A stretch of DNA of 64,000 bases from the NCBI GenBank assembly GCA_009602735.1, contig WELA01002318.1, positions 537,984 to 601,983 on the forward strand, read 5' to 3'. The translations under genes and the position numbers were made by a program. Shown one piece after another: positions 13,001 through 25,520 of the stretch. This stretch comes from Mesotaenium endlicherianum. Its lineage: Eukaryota. Numbering within the stretch: position 1 is the stretch's first letter; every line of letters begins with the position of its first letter. The notes under the pieces were generated by a model, which searched no databases, was not told the DNA's origin, and saw only the letters and a list, made by a program, of their open reading frames with translations.

Positions 13001-13849
13001 TCTACCTGTCACACTCACACTCTAAGCTTTTCCTCACCCTCACCCATTGTTACCACAAAAGTAGCTTCTATACATGCAAGTAACCTGACAGCCGTTCTAC
13101 CAAATTTAGGCACCAACAAATAGACACCCGTCCACTTACATTCGGCCATCGCCATGTTCACGACACACATTGCATGCTACATAAGTTCCTAACATGTGAA
13201 CTTAGAACCTTCTTTCGACAGCACAAGTACCGTCAAACCCTACATAGCTGCTTCGATCACCGAGGGGCTCCTGAATTTATCTAAATCTTTCCTGAATTGG
13301 TCTTCGTGTTTGCGACCCCGAATCAGGTGCAGACACCGTCGGGTAATTTGGTATTGTAATTTCTAGTAAGATAAGTGATATATTCCATTTAATCAATATA
13401 TTCAGTGTAAGTGACGAACCCTGCCTTAGAGGTTTTGACTGAACGAGGACTCTGCTGAGAACGGAGAGTTTCGAGTGTACTTTCCCGACTCTGGATGAGT
13501 CGGCAAACTCACAACCAATTTCCAGCGCTTACAAGGTTTTAAAAGTACGCATTTAGCACTCTTCGTCAATTTTCCAGCGCTTTTGGCGACGGGAATCGAC
13601 CAATTTGCCCGGCACATCGTTTCGGAAGCTGGAACTTACACGCGATATCAAAGATCGCCCCTTGCCCATTCTCAGGGTGAGCTAAATATTGTAGTGTCAT
13701 GACAAACGCGACTGGAGAAGCTACAGATACCATCAACCCTTGACTGCGATTCTGACTTGGATTCGGACATGTTCTAGTTGTGACAAGCTAGGCCTATACA
13801 TACATGCTCTGTAAGTTGCGGGTTGCTTCAGATTGCTTAGGTTGCTTCT

Positions 13850-14350
13850 GCATATGTTGCTCTTACAGAGCAAACTAGATGGATGATGAAAGCTCTCCGG
13901 AGTGGATTGAAGGACGTTGCCGTCGCAACCATTGCCAGCTTAGACGCAGGCCGCCTTCCGTATGGTCTAATACGCCACTGCTTTCCCTTATTTTTTGTCA
14001 GCTTTTGCAGGTCCCATCCAGGATGAACCACTTTGAGTGACTTTGAGCACGTGAAAGGTTATTTCAAGGACTCAGTAGGGAACGTTCGATTACACATCCA
14101 TTCGGCTGGCTGCAAGCTTGACGTTTGAATGACTATTCTATGCTGGTCCTACGCCTGTCACCGGTCATATGTCAACCCCAATGCTCGCGAAAGGGTATTT
14201 CGCAAGCATGGGTTGCCCAGCTATGCCTGGCTGTGTGCCCTGCTGTTTGATTACAAGGCCTCGAGCAGCCTCGAGCAGCCTCGAGCATTCGACATACCGC
14301 GAGGGTCGACAATAGCCTATCATTGTCGCAGACATCGTTGGGAACCCAAG
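13850..14350 (-). repeat. Diverged inverted copy of the non-coding region upstream of the ZRANB3-like gene
   Basis: Shares ordered blocks with 29650-30090 (cgccactgctt...gtcagc...caggtcc; cgcagacatcgttgggaac vs cgcagatatcgtcggtaac) and with the reverse complement of about 46200-46620. Confidence 0.55.
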
Positions 14351-15564
14351 TAACACCCTGTCGCAACGCCTTGACCCTCCCAAAAGGTCATACCATTTCC
14401 TTCCACGGGATCCTGCGGATGGTACGCGACGAATATGGCTGTATGCATGCTGAGCTGAGCTATTGTCCTTTGCCATGCTACGTTGGTCTTGTCAAAGTTT
14501 GACAGAGAGAAAGCTAAATGTTGATAGATATATAACCCGACCTGGCTTGCATGCATTTGATATAGAAGGGCGACGCCAGTAGGATATGACGAGGCCAGCA
14601 GCACAGCAACATCCCTAGCTGGGAACATTTCCCTAACCGTATTGCCCAGTCCAATAACTCAATCATATCCTTAGGCTCGTTGTGACATCTCAGCTCGATG
14701 CCTGCGGACCGTATCTCATGTTGCCAACTGTCCTCTCGCAAAACATCTGGTGTATAGGACAGGATTAACTGATCGGCACTAACTATTGAGGACATGCATA
14801 TTCAGGGAAAGGTTATATACATGCAGCTAGTGGTAAGTTTCCCCAAACGTGTTGGCTTGTCTTATGCAAATGCTGCGAGCAGTCCTATGCTGTAGCGATG
14901 ACTGGTGTCTCTAAAAGTATAGTGCCTACATGCAGCGGCAGTGAGTGTTGTGCCCATTCATTCGCTCATATAGCAAGTCTTGAGAGGTCTTGAGTCTTGC
15001 TCTTGAGACGGTGTATACGTGGTGTAACTGTGCCCTCAACACAGCTATATATGTGAGTATACCTAGACAACCAAGATTGAGGGAAATTCTTTCCTCCTGG
15101 ATTAAAGACTGATGTATTTGCTTTTTAGAATGTACACAGAATGGGATGAGGTTCTCGTCTCACTTTGCACAAAGCTTGAGCAATGATGGACTGCATAATG
15201 ACTGAACTTAGTTACGACTTACCGTGCTGACTTTGTTGCACTGGGCTCGTTGAAAACTCCACCGAACACCTTGCAGTTGCAGTTGCATCTTCATATTTGT
15301 TGGTCAACTTCAATATCCTATTGCACGCCTTTTCTAGGCTCTTACATGCTTGATCACTCAGGCCTTGCCATCTGTTAGGCCTCATGCAGGCCCCAGCTTT
15401 TGGCACAATGCACCTGCACCACTTCCTTACAAAAAGTACATCAAGTGGTTCTTGACAGGTCTACGCTCAATTTCATTAGGTGGTGACAGGTTGCCCCTTT
15501 GGTAAGACTCCACTCATTTAATTGTGGTAGGTAGTGACTGGTGCATGGCCTCTCTGGTAGTGGT

Positions 15565-16044
15565 TGTTGGAATATGGTCCGTAGACCAACACTCCTAATT
15601 CTACTTTGTCGTGACTAGGCGAGTGGGTGTCGCGTCGATACGTGACGCACGCCAGGGTGTCGATAGCCTTGCTTGGTTTATTGTTAGCTAGTTCGGTTCG
15701 TAAGTTAGTCATTTGTTGGTAGTCGTTCGGGTAAGTTAGTAATTATGAGTTGTCACTTTCATACGACAACGAAGATGTCGTGAACGTTTGTGAACGTTCA
15801 CGAACGATCGTGAACGTTTGTTAGGGGTGGCGGGGTGGCAAGGTGGCGGGGTGGCGCATAGAGTTCACAGAGTATAGTGAGCTATTTAAGACTAGAAAAT
15901 GTAACCCAGAAAACTAACTCAGTAAAAGTGAAGAGTTGGGCACCTTGTGTACTTTTCGTGCTATCATATGTTTTGAGTCTGAGTTCGTTCAAGTGTGTGA
16001 GTGATAGAGTGTGCCATGGACGAAGATAGTAGTGAGTTTCAACA
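15565..16044 (+). repeat. Copia 5' LTR (480 bp)
   Basis: Direct repeat of 20365-20836; by eye 6 substitutions and one 8-bp indel. Confidence 0.97.
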
Positions 16045-19000
16045 TGGTATCAAAGCAAGTTTGGGAGGATCTAAGGAGATCCCACAATTCAATGGCACAG
16101 AGTATTTGGTATGGGCCGTGAGAGCTAAGGCGGCGCTGAAGCGTTATGACTTGATGTCTATTATCACCGAAGATGACACTATGCACGTCTTGCTCGTAGC
16201 GGGCGACGGAGTCACTGCTGCCCAAGTGACTGCAAACAAGAAGGCTCGTGATGCGTGGCAAAAGAGGGAGAATTTCTGTTACTCCTTGATTGTCAAGAGT
16301 TTGGAGAGAGAACCTCTAGTGAATGTTTTCCATCTAGAGACTAGTAAGGAGTTGTGGGACGCACTTAAAGAGGACCATGTGAGTGAGAGCATCGCTAGTC
16401 AGCAAAACTTTACTGAGGACTTTACAAGTTCCAAAATGAGAAGTGGTGAGAGCGTGTCTTTATATTTCACAAGGATGAACTTGTTGAGTCAGGAGTTGAC
16501 AGCTATAGATGTTCCAAAGACCGCCTATGAGCAAGCTAAGCAGTTACTTATTGGACTTAGGCCTGAATACGATATGACCAAGGAAGTTTTGCATAACTTA
16601 CCTAAGGAGCAGCTCACTTTGAGAAAGGCAAGGTTGAGTCTTCTTGATAGAGAGAAGGAGTATGAAAGAAAGGCTGGGGAAGGTGTGACTGGTACTGAGC
16701 AAGCGTTTTATGTGTTGGGAGAGAAGCAATACAAGATTCAAGAAGGACGACTGGTGGAGGTGGTGGAGGAAGCAAACATCGCCAGCAGCAGCCAAAGAAG
16801 TGAAGGTCGAGGAGGCAATCAGCCTCAAGGAGGTGGCAAGTCAGTGACGTGCAACAACTGTGGCAAGTCAGTGACGTGCAACAACTGTGGCAAGTCAGGA
16901 CATATGGCAAGAACCTGCTGGGACATCACATGCTACAATTGCAACAAGAAGGGCCACATCTCCAGGAACTGCACTCAGAAGAGAGAAGGTACCACCTTCG
17001 TCCCCAACATGGAGAATGCTCATGCTATGACCATTGAGGAGGCATGCGTGTGTGATGGGCACGATAGAGATGCTTGGTACGTTGACTCAGGGGCATCCAG
17101 GCACTCTACGCCACGTAGGGATATCTTGCTCGAGTATAAGTCATGTGAGCCCATTCTTATTCGTGTAAACGATGGCAATATTCTTTATGGAGTTGGTACA
17201 GGATAGGTGGAGTTGGTAGTACAGGTTAGCAAGGAAGAGTTGCTTTTCACGCTAGAGGATGTCTTGCATACACCACAGCTTGTGAAGAATTTGTTCTCGG
17301 TGCCGAAAACTACGTCTTTGGGCAACAAGGTGATCTTTGAAGGATCAGAGTGTAGAATACTCAACAACAAGGGAGATACAGCAGCTGTAGCTCTCAAGCC
17401 CGACAGTAGAGGAAGTTTTTTTCAAGTGAAGGGCCAGGCTAAGCTTGTTTCTGCTTGCCTGGCTCAGGGAACAGAGGTTAGTCAAGTATTTTTGGCCGAA
17501 GGAGATGCGAAGTTGAAGGGAGACATCAACTTTTGGCACCAAAGGTTAGCACATGCAAGTGAACAGAAGCTGAAGCAAATAAGCAAGGACAAGGAGAGGG
17601 GTTTACCAGATTTTAGTGGTCAAACGCTTGAGTTTTGTAGAGGTTGTCAGATGGGTAAGCAGACAAGGATAGCATTTCCAAAGGAGGGAGCTACAAGAGC
17701 CACAGAAGTGCTAGAGTTGGTACATTCGGATGTTTGGGGGCCAGCTAGTATACCAGCAAGGAAGACTTTGCATTCATATTATGTGACATTCACAGGTGAC
17801 TACTCTAGGAAGTCAGAGGTTTACTTCATGAGGACCAAGGATCAAGCATTCAAGAAATTCAAGGAGTATAAGGCTATGGTGGAGAAGCAGTGTGGAAAGA
17901 GCATCAAGACATTAAGGATAGACAATGGGAAAGAATATGTCAATGGGCCCTTCATCAAGTTTTTGGCGGATCAGGGAATCAAACATCAACATACAGTGGC
18001 GTACTCACCCCAGCACAATGGAGTGGCAGAAAGGTTGAACAGGACATTGGTGAACTCGGCAAGGTCAATGATATTTGCTGCTGGTCTCCACCCTAGCTTG
18101 TGGGCGGAAGCTGTGAAGACAGCTACGTACGTGTGGGCTCGACTGCCCTCAAGTGCTCTTGATGAGGGGGTTCCAGAGGAGCTATGGAGTGGCAAGAAGG
18201 TGTCTGTTGATCGGCTGAGGGTGTTTGGCACAGAGACTTGGGCGCACATCCCAAAGGAGAAGCGACACTGACAACAAGGCGTACAGGTTGCTGAGGCCAG
18301 ATACAGGAGTAGTATTTGTGAGCAGAGATGTTGTCTTCAATGAGCGCATTATGGATCCGGGTAGCTCACAAGTGTACGATGAGTTTGCATCGGAGGATGA
18401 TCTTGAGGAGAGAATTCAGCAATTACCATCACCTGTCACATCACTTGGGGAGCATGTCACATCACTTGGGGAGCAAGCACCTTCGGTCATTCAGCAGCTT
18501 GCAGCAAGGGTAGAGGTAGAGCAAAGGGAGGGAAACGAGGAAGCACAAGAGTCTACTCTAAGAGGGGAGTCCACGATTGAAGAGGGAGTTGCAAGAGGGC
18601 CTGTGTGACCAGCAGGGGGAGAGGTCTCTACTAGTGGTTTGGATCCTCCTCCGCGTAAGAGCTCTAGGGCACGTGTGCCAACAAAGAGGTTTGAGGACTT
18701 TATAACCTTAGCCGAGGATGTAGCTTTGGATGAGGCAGGAGATTTTGAAGTAGCATACATGTTAGATGCTAGCGAGCCTAAGACCTATGCAGCAGCCATG
18801 AAAACTGACTCAGCGGAGAAGTGGAAACAAGCCTCAATTGAGGAAATGGATTCTTTAAGGGCTTATCATACTTGGGACTTAGAGGATCTACCACCAGGGA
18901 AGAAGGTAGTAGGGGGGAGATGGGTCTACAGGGTGAAGAGAAAAGCTGATGGAATGGTGGATAGGTACAAAGCTAGATTTGTTGCTAAGGGTTACTCACA

Positions 19001-20345
19001 GACAGAGGGAGAGGATTATCACGAGACGTTCGCACCGGTAGCTAAGATAGCCACCATCAGAGCAGTGTTGGAGGTTGCGGCTATAGAGGACTTTGAGATT
19101 CACCAGATGGACGTGAAGACGGCATTTCTCAATGGGGACTTAGAGGAGGAAGTGTATATGGAGCAGCCAGAGGGATTTGTGGATGAGAAGTACCCCAAAA
19201 AGGTTTGCAGGTTAAGGAAGTCCTTGTATGGGCTAAAGCAATCACCGAGGATGTGGAATCAAAAGATAGATAGCTTTCTACAACATCATGGGTTCATCAA
19301 GTCGGACGCCGATAGCAGTCTTTATATTAGAGGGAAGGGAGATAGCAAGGTGATGTTGGTACTTTATGTGGACGATCTTTTACTATTGGGGAAAAGTATG
19401 AGTGAGATTCAGAAGGTGAAGGATCTTTTGTCAGCCACCTACGATATGAAGGACTTGGGGGAAGTTGAGTTTGTTTTGGGCATTCAAGTTAAGAGGGATA
19501 GGGAAAACAGGGTTATCATGCTTGGGCAACCAGCGTATCTGCAGACAGTGCTAGAGAGGTTCGACATGCAAGACTCTAAGCCCATGAGTCTACCTCTAGA
19601 TCCTAATCACAAGTTGAGTGCGGGCATGTGTGCACAGAGTGAGCAAGAGTGGGAGATGATGTCCCAGGTGCCTTATAGGAAGTTAGTAGGTAGTATAATG
19701 TATCTCATGGTGTGCACCTGCCCTGATATAGCAAATGCAGTAGGAGTCATCAGTCAGTACATGCAGAATCCAGGACCAGCACATTGGGAAGCAGCTAAGA
19801 GGATTTTGAGGTATCTTAAGGGAACACCGGATTTGTGGTTACACTTGGGAGAAACTGACAGTGTGAAGCTGGAGGGCAGTAGTGATTCAGATTGGGGCGG
19901 TGACCTTGACACTAGAAGGTCAACAACAGGGTATGTCTTTACGATGGGCAAGGGAGCGGTGACATGGAAAAGTAAGAGGCAAAAGGTAGTGGCATTGTCT
20001 TCCATGGAGGCTGAGTATATGGCAGCGTCACAAGCAGTGAGGGAAGCACTTTGGTTGAGAAGACTACTTGAAGACTTGGGCTACAAACAGGAGTGGGCTA
20101 CCACAATCTTCAGTGATAGCCAGGGGTGCATTGCTTTGGGAAAGAATCTAGTGGAGCATAGTAGGAGTAAGCACATAGACATTCAATATCATAAGAGTAG
20201 AGAGTGTGTACAAGACGGTAGTGTTGAGTTTCGCTACGTGAGAAATGACAGAATGATTGCCGATTCTTTGACAAAGGCTGTACCTAGGACAAAGCATTAG
20301 TGGTGTGCTTCTATGTTTGGTTTGAGAAATTTTCTTTCAAAGTAG
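16016..20345 (+). pseudogene. Copia gag-pol polyprotein, disrupted (stops at 17204, 18606, 20298; deletion/frameshift near 18265)
   Basis: Gag IPQFNGTEYLVW, CCHC knuckles, protease WYVDSGASRH, integrase WHQRLAH...CRGC...HSDVWGP...NGVAER, RT YKARFVAKGY, QMDVKTAFLNG, LYVDD, RNase H DSDWGGD...SSMEAEY. Confidence 0.96.
16045..16056 (+). promoter_or_regulatory. Primer-binding site, tRNA-iMet type (TGGTATCAAAGC)
   Basis: Immediately follows the LTR-terminal CA; one mismatch from the canonical TGGTATCAGAGC. Confidence 0.9.
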
Positions 20346-20350
20346 AATAG

Positions 20351-20364
20351 GAGACGAGAGGGAG
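20351..20364 (+). promoter_or_regulatory. Copia polypurine tract
   Basis: GAGACGAGAGGGAG directly before the 3' LTR. Confidence 0.88.
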
Positions 20365-20836
20365 TGTTGGAATATGGTCCGTAGACCGACACTCCTAATT
20401 TTACTTTGTCGTGACTAGGCGAGTGGGTGTCGCGTCGATACGTGACGCACGCCAGGGTGTCGATAGCCTTGCTTGGTTTATTGTTAGCTAGTTCGGTTAG
20501 TCATTTGTTGGTAGTCGTTCAGGTAAGTTAGTAATAATGAGTTGTCACTTTCACACGACAACGAAGATGTCGTGAACGTTTGTGAACGTTCACGAACGAT
20601 CGTGAACGTTTGTTAGGGGTGGCGGGGTGGCAAGGTGGCGGGGTGGCGCATAGAGTTCACAGAGTATAGTGAGCTATTTAAGACTAGAAAATGTAACCCA
20701 GAAAACTAACTCAGTAAAAGTGAAGAGTTGGGCACCTTGTGTACTTTTCGTGCTATCATATGTTTTGAGTCTGGGTTCGTTCAAGTGTGTGAGTGATAGA
20801 GTGTGCCATGGACGAAGATAGTAGTGAGTTTCAACA
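20365..20836 (+). repeat. Copia 3' LTR (472 bp)
   Basis: Direct repeat of 15565-16044, followed by TSD GTGGT. Confidence 0.97.
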
Positions 20837-22342
20837 GTGGTGGTTGACAAGCCTGCACACATGTATCAATAGGTGGTGACAAGTGTCAGGTGGCCCCCGG
20901 GTGGTGTGAGTGGACAGACGTGGAAATTGAGTTGGTGGACCATGGAGAAGGGAGTGCATGGTGCCTAGCTGCTTTGCTTCTATGGGGATCTTGCCTTGAG
21001 CCCCAGACTAAGCGAAAGGTATTTCCATCACCCTTTTCCAATTTCCCTGCCATCTTGCCCTCGATACTTGCCCTCCTGTCAGCCCTCTTTTCAGCGTTTT
21101 TGTCGTCAATTTGGCCCTTGGGTGTGCAAAATGCGAAGAATGCTCGTTGCATCTGAGCGCGTGAGCATGCATGCAGCCCAGCCGCCCAGCTGCCCAGTGC
21201 CCACCCCCTGTTTGCACTCTCCCCCCGTACCCCTGCTACACTCTCTCTTCTTGCGCTCATCTGCCAAACTGCCGCTCTTGGCGCTGCAATGCCTTGCCTG
21301 AGAGCTTTGGTGCTGCCATCATTAACAACTGAGGTGGTGTCTGAGCTGTTCAAATTTTGTTGTGTTGTTGTTTTTGTTTTTGTCTATGTTTTTGAGGACG
21401 CAATCAAGGACTCCTGTGTACTTCCGCGGGTGGTTTTAGGCTGAGTGAAAGGCTGATTTGAAAAGCAATGTGTGCTCTGCTTTGGCGATCTGGGATAACA
21501 CTGATATTGAGACTGCTCATTCTGGTGACTTCGCTTTGGCCGGGCAGGAGCAACGTGCTGCTGGCATAGTAGAAGGATTTGTAGGTGGAGTGTTTACCCT
21601 GCAACGGAAAATAGTGCGTGTACGCTCGCACATATCCAGGTGTCGTCTCTCAGTCAGCTTCACACTCTCCCAGCTCGACTCTGATAGGCTCTCTGTTTCC
21701 GTCCTTCATGCTCAATTGACTTAATAATATATAGGAGACTTCAAAGTCGAGATCATTGGGCTCGCAAAATTGACTTACTCTTTGAACGAAGTATCAATCC
21801 ACGCACTTTGCACGTCGCAACATAGCACAGCGGCACAGGAGCGTAGCATCATGGCAGCACAGCAGCACCTGTGCGCACACTGCTCTTAGAGCTTACGCTT
21901 TCTCCAGGCTTGACTCTGGTCTGGCCTGCAACTCCCCTCTCGCTTCTTTTGGATTGATCCATAGATTATGTACACTCAATCCGCTCGGCCAATCACAGGC
22001 AGGCTTGTGTGCGTGCAGGCATTGAAGGTGGGGACGGGATAGAAGTCGCAGTGGCGTCAGATGATGCATTGAGGGAGGGACTTGACAAGTTGCAAATGCA
22101 TGCAGGAGTCAGGGCAAGAAGATGATGGGTTGTAAATCAATTGACAAGCATGACTCCAATGTTCAGGAGCTTTGGATGCACTGTTTTGCGCTATTCTCCT
22201 CCTCGCTCTTGTTGCCAATTTTGTGTAAGATGGTGATGCAGCATGCTTGTTGTCTTGCTCCTTCTATGACTCTTAGGTCGACTTGGGGGGTTGAATCTCT
22301 CAACTTTGTGGTGAGCAGGGGGAATGACGAGGTGCATGCGTG

Positions 22343-23107
22343 ATGGAGGAGACACTCACAATGAACGTCAAGTTCTCGCACTTGGTCTCTGTTACGAGGA
22401 AGGAGCGTCTTTTATGAAGCAGTGAGCAGACAGTGGGCGATGGGGATGAAGGCACAGTCTCCAGCGAGATAAAGCGCCTCAAGGACAGGGTAGGGGCGGC
22501 CGAGTGTCGAGGAGTCTTCTTGAGAACCACCCTGCAACCTTCATCATGCTTCGACAAGTTTGAGATCAACAACGACACGGAAATCGATGTAAGGGTGGAC
22601 GCCTATTTCTCGGAAATGGACGCTGCGGTGAGAGAGCAAAGCAGACGGTATGACAACGTGCACTGGAGGCTTTCGAATCGGGCGGCAGAAGAAATCGAGC
22701 AGCGGGCCTGGGAATTGCGCGCCAGCCGCTGCGGGGAGGCTGACGCGCGTCGCGCGGAGCAGATGCTGCTTCTGCGAGCTCGCGGGCATGTGCCAGAGTC
22801 TGAGGCAAAGCTCAAGGGAGCCGAGGACCGATTGGCGGAGGAGCTTTGCGAGGCAGAGGATGAGTACAGAGCCGCCATGGCGTCCGCAGCTCTGCGCCGG
22901 GGTGTGCGCAGGCAGGCCCGCAAAATCTCCACCGATGTGGAGTTTGCAGTCGTGCATGAAAATTACTCTGGGTCCGTCTGGCGACTGATCCTGGCGGAGT
23001 TGACGTGGTGGGAGCGCGTACTGTTCTTCTTGCCCTCGGGGCTCCCAGGCCTCTTGGCGGCCATGGCCGTGCTTCTTCTGATCATGCCCTTGGTAGTGAC
23101 GGAATAG
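22343..23107 (+). CDS. Orphan intronless ORF, helical/coiled-coil with C-terminal hydrophobic anchor; one in-frame TGA at 22415-22417, possibly a young pseudogene
   Basis: GC-rich E/R/A-rich frame ending VLFFLPSGLPGLLAAMAVLLLIMPLVVTE. The frame extends upstream through a single TGA to ATG 22343. Confidence 0.5.
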
Positions 23108-24039
23108 GTGCCATGCTGCTGCGTCTGACGAGGAAGAAACATCATGAACTTGAGAAGTGATATGTTAAGCAGGTCATTTTGGGCCACAGGGGAAAATCTG
23201 CTCGCTCTTTTGGCGCACATATGAAGCTGGAAGTTTGAGGTCATCTCAGATGCATAGCCATTGTCAATCTCACACTGTGTGTCTTCAAGGTGGATTGAAG
23301 CTAGTCAACTCTAATCTGGTCTAGTAAGTTGAAGCTAGTTAGCAAAAACCTGGCCGATATGCTTGTTTTGGTTTGATTTTCAATAAGACATCTGCTCACT
23401 TAATAACTCATCTCAACAAATACTCTCAATGAATGGAAGTAGATGTCTTTTTTTGAATGAGGGGCAATTACAACTCTTGCACAATTTACACAGTCGATAT
23501 AAATCCGCTTAGCAACTAGGCACCTGAAAGTTCTTGGAAAGTCTGACTCTTTGTAGCACATCGCAGGTTTAAGTTTGTCTTAAATTTGTAAATGCACTTT
23601 GTCACATCTAAAAGTCGACTAGCCTGCACACAAATGTTATTCCTTTTTAATGTTGTGGTCTCTCGTGGTTTTATGTGCTTGCAATTTTGCTGCTCTCTCT
23701 TTCTCCCAAAATGAATGCACCCTCATCTGTTAAGCGCCTGTGCTCGGCTCTCTCTCTCTCTCTCGAATTATATACTGTCGGGTGAGGCCCATCTGTTTGG
23801 CAGACCATGTTGCCTTACAACTGGTATTTTGTATGATGTATATTGCCATCACATGAGAATTACGTGTTGCTAGTAGGTAGCAGATGTAGTGAATGTACGT
23901 ATACTCAAGAGTGGCATAGCCCCAAAGAGGCTGTTTCTATTCCAATATTTTATATTGTGTTCTTATCACATTTGGTTATTATAATATATTGGTTATGATC
24001 ACATTTGGTTCTTATCTTCACACGCACGTCAGGAGCCTC

Positions 24040-24610
24040 AGAGCTTGGCCGGCACTTCAACAGCGCTCATGCTTTTTGTGACAATATGTGTGTTGGATGC
24101 ACATTTGTGTCTATGCAGAAATGAAGCAGTCGCAGTAGATTGGGTATTTCATCCCACGACTAGATATAAGAAGGTAGTTGTATCAGATTGCGGCATACTT
24201 GCATGTACGGTCTTGATGGCGGCATGCTTGCAAGCCTTTAAGACGGGGAAAAAACTGCTGGAGAATGACGAGAGAAAATGAAACAGCATTCTTATGCGCT
24301 GCCACAGAGCAAATCAAAATTCACAAGATGTCTGCCTCAAATGACTCCCCTTATAAAACCTCGACTATGAAATCCGTACTGTACCTACTCGACACTCGCC
24401 AACGTCGTAGCAATACAAGCTGAACTCCTATTGAAGAACCACCATTTCCAGCTCAATGCCACAAATACTCCTTGTTTTTCTATTAAACACTAGCACTACA
24501 AGCAGAATACAAAGCTCACATAAGAGAAAAGAGACACAACAAAACACACGCATCAGAATGACCACAACGCCACTGGCCCGTCCCGCACACCCCCGCCAGG
24601 ATGCAGATCC
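24040..24610 (-). pseudogene. Degenerate direct copy of the FAO 3' end and downstream region
   Basis: cactagcactacaagcag...cacataagag...gcatcag...ctggcccgtccc matches 36150-36290; weaker similarity extends towards about 35350. Confidence 0.7.
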
Positions 24611-25520
24611 GGGCCCCCCTCTCGGTGTCTTCTTGAGGCAAGGAGCGGCCAGCTCCTGCTGCCAGTCTCTCGCTGTGCGTCGTCATGGCTGAGGTTTGGA
24701 CCCGCTTTTAGGGCTCAGACTATAATGTGAAGGATTTAGGTTTGACTCTCTCTTCATGATAAAGTTTCACATCGGAGGGGTGATGTCATCTTGGTGCGCC
24801 ATGGCCCCTGTGGGTACAAGAGAGACACAGGGACAGCAACAGGAAGGGATAGGACACACGGGAACAGGGACAGATGAGGAGAAACTTCTAATCTGACTCT
24901 GAACTGACCTCCTTCTGTTGCAGTTCCTGCCCTTGACCCACCCACACTTTAGCCCTCTGTTCCACCAGCAATGAGCCAGTGCGTGCGACCCCTTGCGTGT
25001 GCGTGCCCGTGTTCGTAAAAGGTGAAGGGGGAGCAGGGGAGGGTACTTGTGGGGATACCTGTAAAAAGAAGCATGCTGGGCAGTAGGGCGCTCTCACAGG
25101 AGAACCGCAGCCAGGCATCACGCAGCAGCTCCCTGTGGGGCTCCTGCGTTAGTCGGTTGGCTGCCGTCACCTGCCGTGCGCCGGGCAGGCCAGCCTCTGA
25201 CACCCGCCTGCCTCAGGCCTCTGCTGTGGCTCTGTCCTTGCAACCTCCCCTCTGACGTGGGCTCTCTTGTGGGGCGGGGGGCTGAGCGCGCAGAGTGCAA
25301 ACACCCGCGCTGCTGCTCAGAAGCAGCCTCACCAACCCCACCGTCGGCTGCAACCTCCGGTACGTCCGTATGCAAGCTGTCCCTCAAGCGAGCGTCCGCA
25401 TGCACCTCTCATTTCTGATTCCCGACCTGGGCTACGCATGCGCACCAGCAAGCGCGCTTTTTCGGGCCACGTCCATACTGCACTTTGTTATCTCTCCCTC
25501 CCTCCCTCCCTCCCTTTCCT
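24610..25520 (+). pseudogene. Inverted copy of FAO exon 8 end, intron 8, exon 9 and part of intron 9
   Basis: Reverse complement of about 38910-38030. Encodes [22 protein letters not shown] vs [22 protein letters not shown] in FAO. Confidence 0.9.

Larger units (their letters stand above)
15565..20836 (+). mobile_element. Full-length Ty1/copia LTR retrotransposon, coding-disabled
   Basis: Two near-identical LTRs (TGTTG...CAACA), TSD GTGGT (15560-15564 and 20837-20841), PBS, PPT, and gag-PR-INT-RT-RH domain order. Confidence 0.98.

Noticed and set aside
14500..21720. Short ORFs flanking the copia element (14514-14795, 15212-15406, 20886-21353, 21404-21631) as a host element or gene
   Set aside because: No recognisable motif and multiple stops; cannot be supported without a search.
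22415..22417. In-frame TGA as selenocysteine
   Set aside because: No redox motif context and no SECIS recognised; a nonsense mutation is simpler.
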